A DNA stretch of 64,000 nt, from contig NC_086097.1 of the NCBI RefSeq assembly GCF_963921235.1, forward strand, positions 8,494,001 to 8,558,000. The letters are read 5' to 3'. The position numbers and the translations under genes were made by a program. This document shows, piece by piece, positions 37,084 through 51,287 of the stretch. This DNA is from Mobula hypostoma (Eukaryota). A model generated the notes under the pieces. That model did not search any database, was not told the origin of the DNA, and saw nothing but the letters and a program-made list of their open reading frames with translations. Within the stretch, counting starts at the first letter, position 1. Each line of letters opens with the position of its first letter.

Positions 37084-38048
37084 CAAATATAGAGCTCTGG
37101 TGCCAGACATAGTTACCCAGTACTGAAACTTCAATTAGCTGCTTGTAATCTACAATTTACAGTGAAAACTAAAGCCTGGTTCCTGTTTAAATTAATATCA
37201 GCTATATTCACATTACTCCAGAATACTCCCTAACAGCAAGCATAAAAGTCATTGTGCTCATTAGGGAACAAATCCCGTTGCCATTTACAACACTGTGCAG
37301 AGTCTGAGGCACACTAGCTCTATAGATGTGCCTAAGAATTTTGCACAGTAATGTACGTTTCTTATGCAATTTATAGTTTATTATATTATTGTGTATTGCA
37401 ATGTACTGCTGTCACAAAATGACAAATTTCATGACATATTCCAGTGATATTAAACCTGATTCTCATTCTTCTGAGTGAATGAATGAATGAAATTTATCTG
37501 TCAGTACAAACATAACAAAAAGCATCATTTACAACAAAAAAAAATCATAGATATTCTTTAAAACAGACCGAAAGGGTGTAGGCTGAAGCTACAGCTTATT
37601 ACGCCTACCCCTCTTACTTATACAACAACATATCTGGCATCACTCATCACATCAAAACAAAAAAATTCATAATCTTTTAACACAAAATCCAATTCCAAGT
37701 ATCATTTATTTACAAATGTACATTACTCCCATTCATTTTAAGTCATGCATTTAATATTTGTTCATTCAATTATTTTTAAATAATTTTTTAAACTTAAGTG
37801 TGGTGCATGTTTTTAAATTCTCACTACAACTGTTCCATAGATTCACCCCTCTGACTGAAATGCAATGATTTTTTTTACATTTGTTCTTATCCTTTGTTTC
37901 TGAAATATACATGTTCCTCTCAAATCATGTTGACTTTCACTCATTTTAAACAACCTTTGGATACTTTGTGGTAGCTATCCATTTTTTATTTTATACAAAA
38001 TTTGTATTATTTTAAAATCTACAAAATCTCTGAATTTTAAGGTGTTTA

Positions 38049-41000
38049 TGTTGTAATGTGAGCATTATTAAAAGTAAGTTAATATTAATTAGGATAATGG
38101 GGGGTGGGTGGGTTTACTTCCGTTTCTTTTTACTTCCGGTGTGTTGTGTTTATAGCATTCCTGGGTTGTGAAAGCCTCTGTATATACATATTGGTTTTGA
38201 CGTTCAAGATAAAGTTGCTTCTTTGGGTATGAAGTTGTCGAGTGTGCCTTTTCAAAGTAGAAGTTACCAGATATTTTTGGCGATGAGGTGAACTGGTTTT
38301 GTGAACGTGTTGGCGCATTTCGAACTGGAGCTGTGCGGGGACAAGGACCTTCACATTTTGGATTGCTACGTTTGGAACTATCGGTGAATTTGTGGAGGAA
38401 AAGAAGGAATGGATGGATTATGAGGAAAGGTGGGGACACTTTTTCTGTGCTAATGGAATTACTGGGGAGGCTAAGATGTGCTCTATTCTCCTGAGTGTGT
38501 GTGGGGCAAAGACTTACAAGTTAATAAGGAATTTAGTCACACCGCAGAAACCGAGGAACATTCCATATGACGAACTGGTCAAGCTCGTGGAGAACCACTG
38601 CAATCCGAAACCTTCTGTGATAGTCCAACGGTGTAAGTTTCACAACCGTTTCACAAAGCCAGGTCAGTCTGTGGCCAATTTTGTGGCCGAGCTTTCGCAG
38701 CTGTCGGAGCATTGTGATTTCGGAGCGGTGTTGGAAGACATGCTCCGTGACAGATTGATATACAGCATTAATAATGACAGCATAAAACACCGCCTGTTAG
38801 GGGAAACCCCACCGTTGACTTTCAAGAAAGCCTTAGAGTTTGCCCAAGGCATGGAGATGACTGCTAATAATGTCAAGGATATCCAGAAAGGACATGGGGG
38901 ATCACAGTCAGCGGCAGTACACCAAGTCAGGAGGGAGACTGGTAAACAGGCAGAGCGGGTGGAATATTTCTGGTGTGGAGGGACGCACTATGCAAATGAT
39001 TGCAAATTCAAAGACACTGTCTGCCATGTTTGTAGCAAAAAGGGACATTTAGCTAAAGAGTGCAGAAGTTCAAAGGGTAAGATTAAGCCTGGGCAGGGGA
39101 AAGCTCGACAGGCTCAGGCAGCCACACACCATCTAGAAGAGGCAGCGTGTGCCTACAACATGTTTGCAGTGGAAACAGATGAGGAACCACCTGAACCATA
39201 TTATGCCACAGTCACTGCCAGGGAAAGGACATTAAGTTTGAGATTGATTCAGGGGCTACTGCATCAGTCATTAGTGAGGAGACCTACAGGAGGACATGGG
39301 GGACCAACCTGCCTCTCATCAGACCGTCAAAGCTCAAACTTAGGACCTATACGAGGCAGCTCATACCTCACTTAGGGGTGTTACATGTGGACATTTCAGC
39401 CGGGGGTCAGAAGGCTGAAGCCAGGCTGGTGATAGCTAAGGGCAGTGGACCCAATCTTTTGGGTCGCAATTGGTTTCGCAAAATCTGGCTAAACTGGCAT
39501 GAAATTAAGTATGCGCACACGACGGAGGACATTCTGCAGCGGTACAGTGACGTTTTCAGCGACGAGCTGGGAACACTGAAGGGTGTGACAGTGAAACTCC
39601 ATGTCGACCCTGAGGCTACACCACGTTTTTTAAGCCCAGGTCGGTGCCCTGTGCCATGAAAGGCAAAGTCGAGGAGGAGCTGGAACGTTTACAGAGGCTG
39701 GGCATTATTGAGCTCGTCCAGTTTTCAAGCTGGGCGGCTCCCATTGTTCCAGTTTTGAAGGCAGACAAAACGGTGAGGATATGTGGGAATTATAAACTTA
39801 CGGTGAATCAGGTCTCTAAGCTGGAGGAGTACCCAATTGCCACGGGTGGATGACCTGTTTGCGACCCTGTCAGGGGGTAAGCTGTTCACAAAGCTGGACA
39901 TGAGTCACGCCTACTAACAGCTGCTGCTCGACGAGGATTCAAAGGAGTACGTCACAATTAATATGCACAAGGGATTATTCAAGTACAATCACCTGGTGTT
40001 TGGAGTGGCGCCCAGCCCTGCCATTTTCCAAAGGACAATGAACACTTTGCTGCAGGGGACTCCACACGTAGCAGTGTACCTTGATGATATTTTGATCACG
40101 GAGGCTACCGAGGTTGAGCATCTGGCTAATTTAGAACGGGTGCTGAAGAGGCTCTCAGACGCAGGGTTGCGGTTGAAATGTGGAAAATGTGTGTTCCTGG
40201 CATCGAGTGTGACTTACCTGGGACACACGATCACAGCTGAGGGGCTTTGCCCTGTGGAGGACAAAGTGAGAGCTATTAAGGAGGCCCCAAACTCTAAGAC
40301 CATCACAGAACTCAGATCATCTTCGGGCATGGTAAATTATTATGGCAAGTTTCTTTCTGACCTCTCAAGGGTTTTGACCCCACTGTATAAGCTGCTTCAC
40401 AATGACACTAAGTGACAGTGGGGTGAAGACCAGGAGAAAGCTTTCAAGGAAGTGAAAGAACTCCTCCACTCAGCGAAGCTGCTTGTTCACTATGACCCAG
40501 ACAAGGAGATCACCCTGGCATGCGATGCCTCGCCCTATGGAGTCGGGGCACTTCTCTCACATGTAATGGAGGAGCGATCAGAGAAGCCTATTGGTTTTGC
40601 TTCACATACCCTTACAGATGCTGAGAAGGGATATTCACAGCTAGACAAAGAAGGTCTGACCATTGTTTTTACAGTCAAACGCTTTCATCAATACCTTTAT
40701 GGACACGTATTTACAATTTATATAGACCATAAACCACTGATGAGCCTGTTCAATGAGACTAGATGCATCCCACCGCTAGCCTCAGCCAGGATACAGCGTT
40801 GGGCTCTTACACTGTCAGCCTACCAGTATACTATAGTGTACACAGCGGGTGGGGATAATGCAAACGCCGATGCACTGAGTCGACTACCTTTACCTGAGAC
40901 ACCTGTTACTACATATCTGCCTCCAGAGACTGTGTTTTCATTGGAGAGACTGTCAGAGACACCTGTAAAGGAAAACCAGATCAAGCAGTGGACAGAGGGG

Positions 41001-42329
41001 GACCCAGTCCTGTCCCAAGTCAAGACTTCTCTTTTACAAGGTTGGCCCAGAGTCGTGGAAGGAGAGGAACTGAGGCCTTATGCCAAACGCAAGACAGAAC
41101 TCAGTCTGCAGGATGGCTGCATTTTCTGGAGGGTGAGGGTCATTGTGCCTCCCCTGGCCGTTCACAGATTGTGGAGGAAATTCATGAGACTCATCCAGAG
41201 GTGCCTCGAATGAAAAGCCTTGCAAGATCCTACGTTTGGTGGCCAAGACTGGATCAGGATCTGGAGAACAAGGTAAAATCATGCACACAATGTCAGACTA
41301 ATCAGAATATGCCAACACCAGCTCCTTTGCACCCACGGGAGTGGCCAGACCACCCCTGGTCTAGGCTACATTTGGACTTTGCTGGCCCTTTTATGGGGCA
41401 GATGTTTCTTGTAATGGTAGATGCGCATTCTAAATGGATTGAAGCTCACATCATGAGCAACATCACAGCCCCCTCAACCACAGACAAACTCAGGCAAGTG
41501 TTTGCAGTCCACGGGTTGCCTGACACTCTGGTCACTGATAATGGCCCGACGTTTGCCTGTTTAAATACCGCCTCACGCCATAGACTACGACTGCCTGCAC
41601 TCCAGCAGAGATGCTGATGGGGTGTAGACCCAAGTCAAGATTGGACCTGCTACACCTGGACATGAAGGCAAAAGTGAGACAGACTACTTTGGAAGCATGT
41701 CCACCAGTGACTTTGCCAGAGGGAGAGACGCTGGCAGAGGGGTCGGGGTCCCCTGAGGAGGATGGACATTCTCACGCAGACACACAGACTCCTCTCATGC
41801 CCCCAACACCAGACCCACCCAAAACACCCTCACCAGCAGTATCTGCTGGGTCACCGGGGGTAGTGCGCAGATCACAGTGCACTCGTAAACCTCCTGACAG
41901 ACTGAATCTTTGATGGGACGTTTATCTTGTGTTGTTAGATTGAATGTTGAATCTGTCACATTTTCCAGATGTTTTGTATTGGTAAACTGTTGTTGAGATA
42001 CCAGTATATGTTTCCAGGGGTACGCAAGTTAATAGCACCACTGTTTTTATTTCCTAGTTTTTACATTTGGGGAATGTTGGATTTTAAAAGGGGAGAAGTG
42101 TTGTAATGTGAGCATTATTAAAAGTAAGTTAATACTACTTAGGATAATGGGGGGGGGGGCTTACTCCGTTTCTTTTCACTTCCGGTGTGCTCTGTATATA
42201 GCGCTCCTGCCGTGCTATATGGGTTGTGAAAGCCTCTGTATATACATATCAGTTTTGATGTTTGAGATAAAGTTGTTTCTTTGGGCATGAAGTTGACGAG
42301 TGTGCCTTTTCAAAATAGAAGTTACCACA
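38049..42329 (+). mobile_element. Gypsy (Mag-type) LTR retrotransposon, full-length but decayed
   Basis: LTRs 38049-38271 and 42099-42329; TSD gttta; PBS-like tggcgatgagg at 38278; PPT aaaaggggagaag at 42086-42098. Confidence 0.96.
38362..41913 (+). pseudogene. Gypsy gag-pol with frameshifts, stops and integrase deletions
   Basis: Gag with CCHC (CHVCSKKGHLAKEC), protease IDSGA at about 39245, RT YLDD, RNase H (ACDASPYGVGA, DHKPL), integrase HHCC, LDFAGPF and VTDNG; order PR-RT-RH-INT. Confidence 0.93.
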
Positions 42330-42849
42330 GTTTAGTTGAATAAATAGTGGATTGGTTGGCTCTTAATAGCTTGTCTTATTTACAATTCATATGACCAATG
42401 GTGAGCAGAAATTTGTGGCAAGACAACTGTATCAAAAAGACTACAGAATTTCAAATACTAAGAGACACCGAGAAACTGGAGATTAGTCATAGTCATACTT
42501 CATTGATCCCGGGGGAAATTGGTTTTCGTTACAGTTGCACCATAAATAATTAAATAGTAATAAAACAATAAATAGTTAAATAGTGATATGTAAATTATGC
42601 CAGGAGATAAGTCCAGGACCAGCCTATTGGCTCAGGGTGTCTGACCCTCCAAGGAAGGAGTTGTATCTGAGAAGGATGAACTGGGTAGAAGACAGGCCAT
42701 GATTTTATTGAGCAGCATAGTCAACTCTTGTTTCTATTTAGCACACTTGTATCTTTGTTCTGAATTCTGGATTGGATTTACAAGTGACTATCATATATTT
42801 ATGAACAATAATTTTGGCTTCAGACTCAAGCTGAAATATCTTATCTATA

Positions 42850-43410
42850 TTTACCTAATCAAACCTGTAGCTTGGTTATCAATCATATCGGACGATGACA
42901 GATTTGTGCAGTTTCTGTTGTGTGCTTGCAGGTGGCTCCTGGGTCCAATTTGCAAGCGACGCAGACGTTGACAATAAGGACATGAAAACTCTGCTGGATC
43001 TGGAAGTGGAACCACAACTATCGCTTTCCTTTTTTGTCCATCAGTGGTTAGTACTGCTTGGCATCTCTCCTCCAGGTTGCTGTGAGCAGTCCTAACCAAG
43101 GCTCACCAGTCGCTCCGGTCTTGTGCACTTTGTTCCAGCCATTTTGGTACAAGCCCAGCGTGTGCAATGTTAGCTTTCACACAGTCTTTGAATGTCTTAC
43201 AGGGCCTGCCTCCATTCGTCTTGCCCAGCCAAAGCTCACCACATAATTGCTGCTTGGGGATTAGAGAATCCTTCATGCACAAGACATGCCCTGTCTACTG
43301 AAGTTGTGCTTTTAAAATCATGGCCTCAACACTCATGGTCCCTGCCCTGTTGTGGACCTCTGTATTGTGACTTAGTCCTGCCAACAGATGCTAAAGATCG
43401 TATTCAGTCT
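42850..43410 (-). mobile_element. RTE LINE 3' fragment
   Basis: GRPCKTFKDCVK..AQDRSDW; FSCPYCQRLRRLQIGPRSHLQAH terminal zinc finger. Confidence 0.8.
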
Positions 43411-44969
43411 TAAAAACCTCTTAGGCCACCTCAAAACATTCTGTTTCAGAGTGCATAAGGAGGCCCCAATCTTTTCAACATTTCCTGACAGGGTAACCAC
43501 CCAGTGTCATTAACCATACATCTCTCTTTACTTTAACGTGGTTGGGAATCAACTTGCAAACATATTGAATGTGTTTCCACATTCAACTAAATGAGCTAAA
43601 TATCTAATGCACAGAATCTTTCAGGCGATGTCGCCGAGTCAGACTGAACATGACAAGCTACAAATTTAAAAGTAATCTTTGACCAGTAATGGATTTCTGA
43701 CCTTGGTTGTCCCCTGGGTGATTTGGCTTACGTCTTATCATTTCACACAGTCTGGCTTCAGCAGTAAATTATGATATTGGTCAATATTCTTGCTCTTTCG
43801 AGCTCAGTGATTCAAATACGGCAGCCGGCTGAGACAACAGTGCAAAGGAGCTTCAGGGAGAAAAGGGGCATAACAATTTTTAAAATCATGACCACAGCAC
43901 ATTTTAATAAATCAGTAAGGCACTCTGAACACTTCAATCCGTTATTCATCCATTATCTGACCATCTTACCTGTCCATCAAGGTACCAGAAAGGGGCCAGT
44001 AACATCATGAAGGGTCCCACGCAACCTGCTCAGGTTGCTTTCAAGTTATTTGTCCCGGTCAATAAGCTTAGTCAGCTCCATCATGGGCACAAACCTCCAC
44101 AGTACCCAAGACAGCTTCAACAAACAGTGTCTCAACAAGGAGGCATCTGTCATTAAGGACCCCACCAGCGAGGACATACCCTGTTCTTATTTCACCATCA
44201 GAGAGGAGGTACAAGAACCTGAAGGCACACACTCAACAATTTCAGGACCAGCTTCACCATCCAATTTCTGGATAGACATTAAACCCATGAACACTATGTC
44301 ACCATTTTATTTTTATTTTTATTTTTGTACTAAAGTAAAGTTAACAATTGCAAATATGTACTTAACATAACTCAGTTTTTTTCTCTCTATTATTTTATGT
44401 ATTGCGGCAAGGACAATGAATTTCACCATGTATGCCTGTGATATTAAACCTGCTTCTGATTCTGATTCTGATATCAAGGAGGAGGCGATATAACATCCAA
44501 GCTAGGACCACGGATTAATTTTCCCGAGGTAGTAGGGCTGATCGACACCTCCGCCCACTAGCCTACCCCTCCACACCTCCAACCACCACCACTTTAACAC
44601 TTCCCGTCAGAGTCACCTAATGCACAGACATCCTGTGCCCATGTCACTTTATAGATATATAATCAATATATGTTTATAAACTATCTTACGTACGCATATT
44701 TATTGCATTTTTATTATAATTATTATTATGCTCTTTATCTTACTGTGTTTTGCTTGTGCTTTATCAGATCAGGAGTATTAATTATTTTCTCCTTCTTTAC
44801 ACTTTTGTATTGGAAATGACATTAAACAGTCTTGAATCTTGAAGCCTGGTTACTGTCTAAGTTAATAAAGTTTGCACTGTATGTTTAGGGGAGTTTCCTT
44901 CTGACTCAGTTCATCTGTTCAGTTGATTTGGTGGAACATTAATTGCACAATGGAACTGTCCAAAGAAGA

Positions 44970-45603
44970 ATATGATATAATATGATTATGAAGACACGTA
45001 GTCCTCTTTTATTGTCATTTAGTGATGCATGCATTAAGAAATGATACAATATTCCTCCGGTGTGATATCACAGAAACACAGGACAAACCAAGACTGAAAA
45101 AACTGACAAAACCACATAATTATAACACATAGTTACAAACAGTGTAACAATACCATAACTTGATGAAGAAGTCCGTGAGCACAGTAAAGTTCAAAGTTTC
45201 TCAAATGTCCCACATCTCATGCAGACGGGAGAAGGAAGAAAAACTCTCCCTGCCATGCCGACCACAATCTGACTCTGAGTCATCCGAAAACTTCGAGCTC
45301 TGATCAGCTGTCCGACACCGAGTACTGAGCGCCATCTCTGTCTGAATGATTCGACCTCCTTCTCGGTTGCCAAAAGCAGGCAAGGCCGGGGATTTTGAGG
45401 CCTACCATCCGAAAGATTCCCAACCACACAGTAACGACAGCAGCGAACGGGCGTTTCAGAAATTTTTCCAGATGTTCCTCTGTGCTTTCACGTCCATTCT
45501 CCATCAAATCAGAATTGTCCACGGCCCCTATTTAACAGATACGATATCATTTTTCACCGGAGGGCTGCGCACACACGGCGCGCCGCCATCTTCTCCTCCC
45601 ACC
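44970..45603 (-). mobile_element. Full-length non-autonomous retroposon with YY1-motif head
   Basis: Minus strand begins ggtgggaggagAAGATGGCGGC; homologous throughout to 5771-6440. Confidence 0.8.
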
Positions 45604-46497
45604 TAGCAAGTTCTGCTGGTAAGCTGCTAAATATTTCATGTTCCGGAGGATGGGCCTGGTGGCAAATTGACTCGTTATGTGTGGGAGGTTGTCAGAGTAG
45701 AAGGAAGGACAGGTTTTCACAGATGGTTGACACTCTGTATCACTGAAGCAAGTTGTCACATGTCGCATGAAGGACTGGAAAGGAAGGGGGAAGATGCCAG
45801 AATAAAAAGGCAGGAGGTGGTAGGGGAAGGAGGATAGCTAGAAGCTGAAAGGTGAAGCCAGGTGAATAGGAAAGATTAAAGGCTGGGAATCGTGGAATGA
45901 AAGATTGGCCAGGATGTCCAGACCTCTGGGAACTGCTTAGGTCTTGATGTAGTGTACTTCCTCACAGTGGTTGAGGTTCAGCCACTCAAAGCAAGATGAA
46001 CAGCTTGTGTATAGTTCACCTGAGAATATACTGTAGGTGCCATAGTAGTGTAGCAGTTAGAGCAAAACTATTAGAGCCCAGAGCATCGAAGTTCAGAGTT
46101 CAATCCCAACATCGTCTGTAACAAGTCACTGTACTCCCTCCCCTTGGAATATGTGGGTTTTCTCCAGGAGCTCCAGTTTCCTCCCACAGTTCAACTATGT
46201 ACTGGGTAGGTTAACTGGTCACTGTAAATTGTGTCCTGATTAGGTTAGGATTAAATCAAGATTGCTAGGGGTTGTGAATTAAAGGGCTGCAAAGGCCTAC
46301 TCCGCACTATATAAAACTTAGCCAGACCATATATAGATACAAGCATGTGTAACTGTTAGTCAATAGGTAGGTTGAGTTAATTTCCAAAATTTATTTTCCT
46401 AATAACATTGAAGGCGACCTTTCAACCCACTGGATCAAGGCTTGCTCAAGAGCAATCCTATTCTCCACCACAACGCACCCCCGCCTCCGACTAACGT

Positions 46498-46805
46498 AGA
46501 CCATAAGACCATAAGACATTGGAGCAGAGCAGAATTAGGCCATTTGTCCCATCGTGTCTGCTCTGCCATTTCATCATGGCTAATCCATTTTCCCTTTCAG
46601 TACCAATCTCCTGCCTTCTCCCTGTAACCTTTCATACCCTCAATAAACCAGAATATATTGACCTCCGTCTTAAATATATTCAATGACTTGGCCTTCACAG
46701 CCACCTGTGGCAATGAATTCCACAGATTCACCACCCTCTAGTGAAAGAAATTCCTCCTCATCTCCATTCTAAATAGATGTCCCCTAATTCTGAGGCTGTG
46801 CCCTA
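46498..46805 (-). mobile_element. CR1 3' end
   Basis: agaccata x2-3 tail; same family as 421-930. Confidence 0.85.
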
Positions 46806-48559
46806 CGTAAACTTCTGTAATCTGTTCTTACCACATAGTTTGTCCCCTGTTAGAGGCCTGCTAAACAAAGAACATGTTTCCCTGTCTACGGAGCACAAGC
46901 TACTGGTATATAGCAAGTGACCACTCACAGATTTGCCTTGCAAACTGTCATGAGACATTGTCATATGCATCAGCTTATCAGAAGACTGGCATATGGCACT
47001 ATGCTTATTGGCTTACATCAAACCAATCATCAAATAGCTGAAGTAATTTGCATAATTGTGAAGAGATCAAAGTTAGTTCCAGACCAGACTTGTTTTTTTA
47101 ACACTTCAAACATACGCATATTTGCTCTATCTGTCAATAATTGGGATATCTGTATATCCCAAGACTCAGTTTCACAACACTAATTTTGAATACATGTGAT
47201 CTCCTTCCTCAGCACATTTAGACCTTCGTATTTTTGTTGGCTGAAAAAAAAATACAATCTACAAATCAGTGAATTCAAGTGAATCAAGGACACTGAAAGT
47301 AGACAGACATATTGTCTTTGTCCTTGCCATGAGGCTGCAGGAATGGAGGCTGCCATTTTGTGAAGCTGCTCTGCATCCACCATTTTGTGAACTGGTTTCC
47401 TCAGCTGAATCAGCATTTTACAGTACAGACAATGATGATCCAGGTAATCAGCTGGACTAGAGATAATTTCCAAATACAGTAAGAAGCTATTTATGAGGTG
47501 TTCTTTGGTATGATATGACATGCAGGTTTGTGAATAATTGGATCTGTATCTGCCCTGAGTGATTCAAGCTGAATACTAGTTTGGTAGCTGGATAGAACAA
47601 TGAGCCATAAATTACCAGTTGTCACTTGTGGAAGAGGGTAATAAAAGGATGATGGCTTGGACTGGACCCTAAAAGAATATAACACTGGTCAGTCAGATGA
47701 GACTGAAACACAACATTTGAACTAATAGGAAGTGTTTAATAGTGAGGAGCTTAGAAAGCAAAGCAACAAAAACTTTTGGGAGACCAACCATTGTGGACTT
47801 GGAGGACCACCACATCACAGCATAGACTATTTTTTCAGCCATTTCTCAGCTATTCTCTGACTTGTTTATGAAGGGTCAGGCAAACTTAGTGGGTATGCAC
47901 ATAGGTACCTGGTTGTGTAAATTCATGTGCATTTTAGTTGAGACAATAAAGGTACTTTTCAGTAAATATAGATTCTCTCTGTGCCTAACTGATTATTATT
48001 ACTAAGAGTGGATCCTTGCAACAATTTGTATATTCAGAGACTCAGCCTCACAACACTAATGTTGAGTGTCTGGGTTCTCTGTTCTCAGTGTATTTAGGCC
48101 ATCCAAGTGAATTACTTTGTTCCATTTGAAATTTTATGAACATTCGGTTCTGTCTTGCCAGTCACAGTAAGCTCACAATGTAAATAATTACAGTAATTCA
48201 ATGGAACCATTTGTTGGACTTAAAATATTGAAGAAAACAGTATTATTGTAGCTAATAAAATTGCATTGAATGATCAGTTAGTGTTCTTAAGGGTATAAAT
48301 ACTCAATTACAGTACATTGAGTTTGGAGAAATTCAACTGGGAATGTCTCTGAGACAATGGCTGCTTGACATGATGAATAAAGACTTTTTGTATGTGCCAG
48401 TTTCAAGCTCAGTGTGTTTTAGTCACCATCACAGCAGTGACACTAGACTCTACCATTCACAAAGATTCTATCACACACTAGGGGCACTTCACAGTGATCA
48501 GTTAACCATCCTTCCTTGGAGATCAGGAGGAAATCTACATTAAATGTAGCTCAGAAGAA

Positions 48560-49212
48560 GGAGGGAGTATCTCGCTGAAACCTATAATACATTGAAAGGA
48601 CTAGATAGATGTAGAGAGGATGTTTCCTCTCATGGAGAGCAAACATCCCCATGGGGACCAGAAAGCACAACTGAGAATAGAGGGACATTCATTTAGAATG
48701 GAGATGAGGAGGAACTTCTTTAGCCAGAGAGTACTGAATCTGTGGAATTCATTGCCACAGACAGCTGTGGAGGCCAAGTCATTGGATACAGGAGCCTGGA
48801 GGCACACCACACTCAGTGATTTGGGAACAGCTTCTTCCTCTCTGCCATCATATTTCTGAATGGACATTGAAACTCTGAACCCTACTTCTTTTTATTTTGC
48901 ACTACTTATTGAATTTAACTTTATATATATTTCTCACTGTAATTCACAATTTTTATTATTATGTATTACAATGTACTGCTGCATAACATCAAATTTCATG
49001 ACATATGCCGGTGATGTTAAACCTGATTCTGATTCTGATTTTGATTCTGATATTTAAAGTGGAGATTGATAGGTTCTTGATTAGTCAGGGCATTAACGGT
49101 TACGGGGAGAGTGACAGGTTTAATAGGAGTAATAAATCAGTCATGATGGAATGATGGAGCAGACTCAATGGGCTGAATGGACTGATTCTGCTTCTATGTT
49201 TTATGGTCTAAA
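48560..49212 (+). mobile_element. CR1 3' end interrupted by a (ttctga)n-tailed element at 48790-49051
   Basis: MEMRRNFFSQRVLNLWNSLPQTAVEAKSL; gata at both junctions. Confidence 0.8.
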
Positions 49213-50528
49213 CAGAAAACCAACATTATATAGGGAGAATGCACAAATTCCATAGTGAAATCAGCAGGGGTCAGGGTTGGATCTGTGTTATTAAAATGTA
49301 AAACTGCCGCTCTAATAGCTGCATCACTGTGTCAAAAACGTGGCTGAGGGGATGGCCAGAAGGAATTTTGGAACAGCAGGCATCTTGCAGGGAGAGTTGA
49401 AGCAGATCAGAACCGTGAAACAAATTGGAGACTTGATAAATAGGAAATTCATGACAGATTTGCAATGATAAATGAAGAAGGAAGGTGTATACCCTGCCCA
49501 TGGACTGTTTGTCCCACTCCCATCAGGAAGGACGCTACGTAGCAACCAGGGCAGGACCAGCAGACTCAAAAACAGTGACTATCCCCAAACAGTAAGGCTG
49601 ATCAACACCTCCATCCACTAACCCACCCCCTCCACACCCCACCTCCCAACACCTCGACTTTATCATTTCCTGCCAGTTACCCTTTGTACAGACTCTCCTG
49701 TGCCTAGCTTCACTTTATGGACAAACAATCAATCTATGTATATAAGCTATCTTATGTATTTATAATCATTGTTTGTTTTATTATTAGTATTGCTGTGCTT
49801 TTTTTATTTTATTGTTTTTTTTGTGCTGCATCATATCTGGAGAAACAATTGTTTCTTTCTCCTTTATACTTATGCATAGAAAATTACATTAAACAATCTT
49901 GAATCTCTTAATTTCTGTATTAATACTCAGGAAAGCAATAGTCAAAGGAATGTTGGGGAATAGATTAGATTATGAGGACACGTAGTCCTCATTTTATTGT
50001 CATTTAGTAATGCATGTATTAAGAAATGATACAATAAAAGCAGAGTCTTAGAACAGATTGTTGTGGGAAATCAGGTTTGTGGGTTCTGTAAGTCAGGGAA
50101 GAAGACACTACAGAAATTAGGCTACTTATTTATTTACAAGACAAAATAGACACAAAATATATACACTGTGGTACATATTTGACTAAAGTGTGCACCCTAG
50201 CCCTCTTTACTGCAGCACACCTTCACCGTGTTCCGTTTCAATGTCAACTGCATCTACTTGGTCTACAGTATCATGTACCATTACGTTAGGTCTTCCTATA
50301 TCAAGTAAAAAACTACAGCAAATTGACAGTGGATCAAATTATCTAATTGCTGAGAAACCTGTCTGTAAATTGACAAGCACCTGTAAATCCTTAAGTTCTC
50401 CTCCTCTTATTATCCCCATCTTGGGTTGGCAAAATGAATCATGGAATTATTGCTTCCTCCTCATGCCTCTATTTACATGTGACACCTAAAATTAGTGGAT
50501 GAATCTCATAACTCTTGCATTTAGATAT

Positions 50529-51287
50529 TCCAGTTTAAGATGGCGCTGGTGAATCTCAGTGACTTCTGGCTGGTGGCCAATGAAACAAAGAAAGAAATTA
50601 AATACATTGTTAATCACTTTTTCTGGTAAACAATCATCACAAACAATAGACAGTAAATTCCCTTTGTACTTGGAGGCAATTCAAAGTGTCAGAACCATGG
50701 CGAGGCGAGGCAGTGAGCTCATCGCCAAGAGTGAGGAAGGCCCAATGATTTAAGTGCCGGGCTGATATGAGAACATTGGATACAAACTGAATCAAGGAGG
50801 TGGAGTCCAGGTCTCAGAGCGTACTGAAGTGACTGAACCCAATGTTTGGACAACAATTTAAGCGCTGGGCCGAAACAGAAAGGTCAGGTACAAGCCAAAC
50901 TAAGGTGACAGGGTCCAGGCTCCAGAGTTTAGCAATGAAACTGAACCCAATGTCTGGAGGGCGATTTTGGCACTAGGCCAGATTGAAAAGGTCAGAGTGT
51001 TAGGGCCTGAGGCAAGGGACAAGATAGTTCAGCTCACTGCTCCCTGACAGTTAATTGGCTCTGTGCTGAACTAGGAGCCTCTCTTTGTGGACTTCAGTTC
51101 AAAATGCTATTTGCTTGCAATTATTGTTTGCATGATACGTCTTTTTTTCTCTGCACATTGGGCGCGTGACAGTCTACTTTCAATCAGTTCTTTTGGTTTC
51201 TTTGTTCTGTGGCTGCCTGTTAGAAAACAAATCTCAAGGTTGTATAATGTATACCTACTTTGATAATAGATGTACTTTGAACTTTGA
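50529..51287 (+). mobile_element. Non-autonomous retroposon with AAGATGGCG head, internal ~108-bp repeats and (tttgaac)n tail
   Basis: tccagtttaagatggcg; repeated gtccagg...actgaacccaatgt...aaaggtcag at about 50804 and 50912; tail actttgaactttgaa. Confidence 0.65.

Larger units (their letters stand above)
37472..42390 (-). mobile_element. L2/Crack-like LINE 3' end in two parts (37472-38048 and 42330-42390)
   Basis: Joined across the Gypsy it reads EPTNPLFIQLNTLKFRDFVDFKIIQILYK...ISVRGVNLWNS; (cattt/catt)n tail at 37473-37492. Confidence 0.75.
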
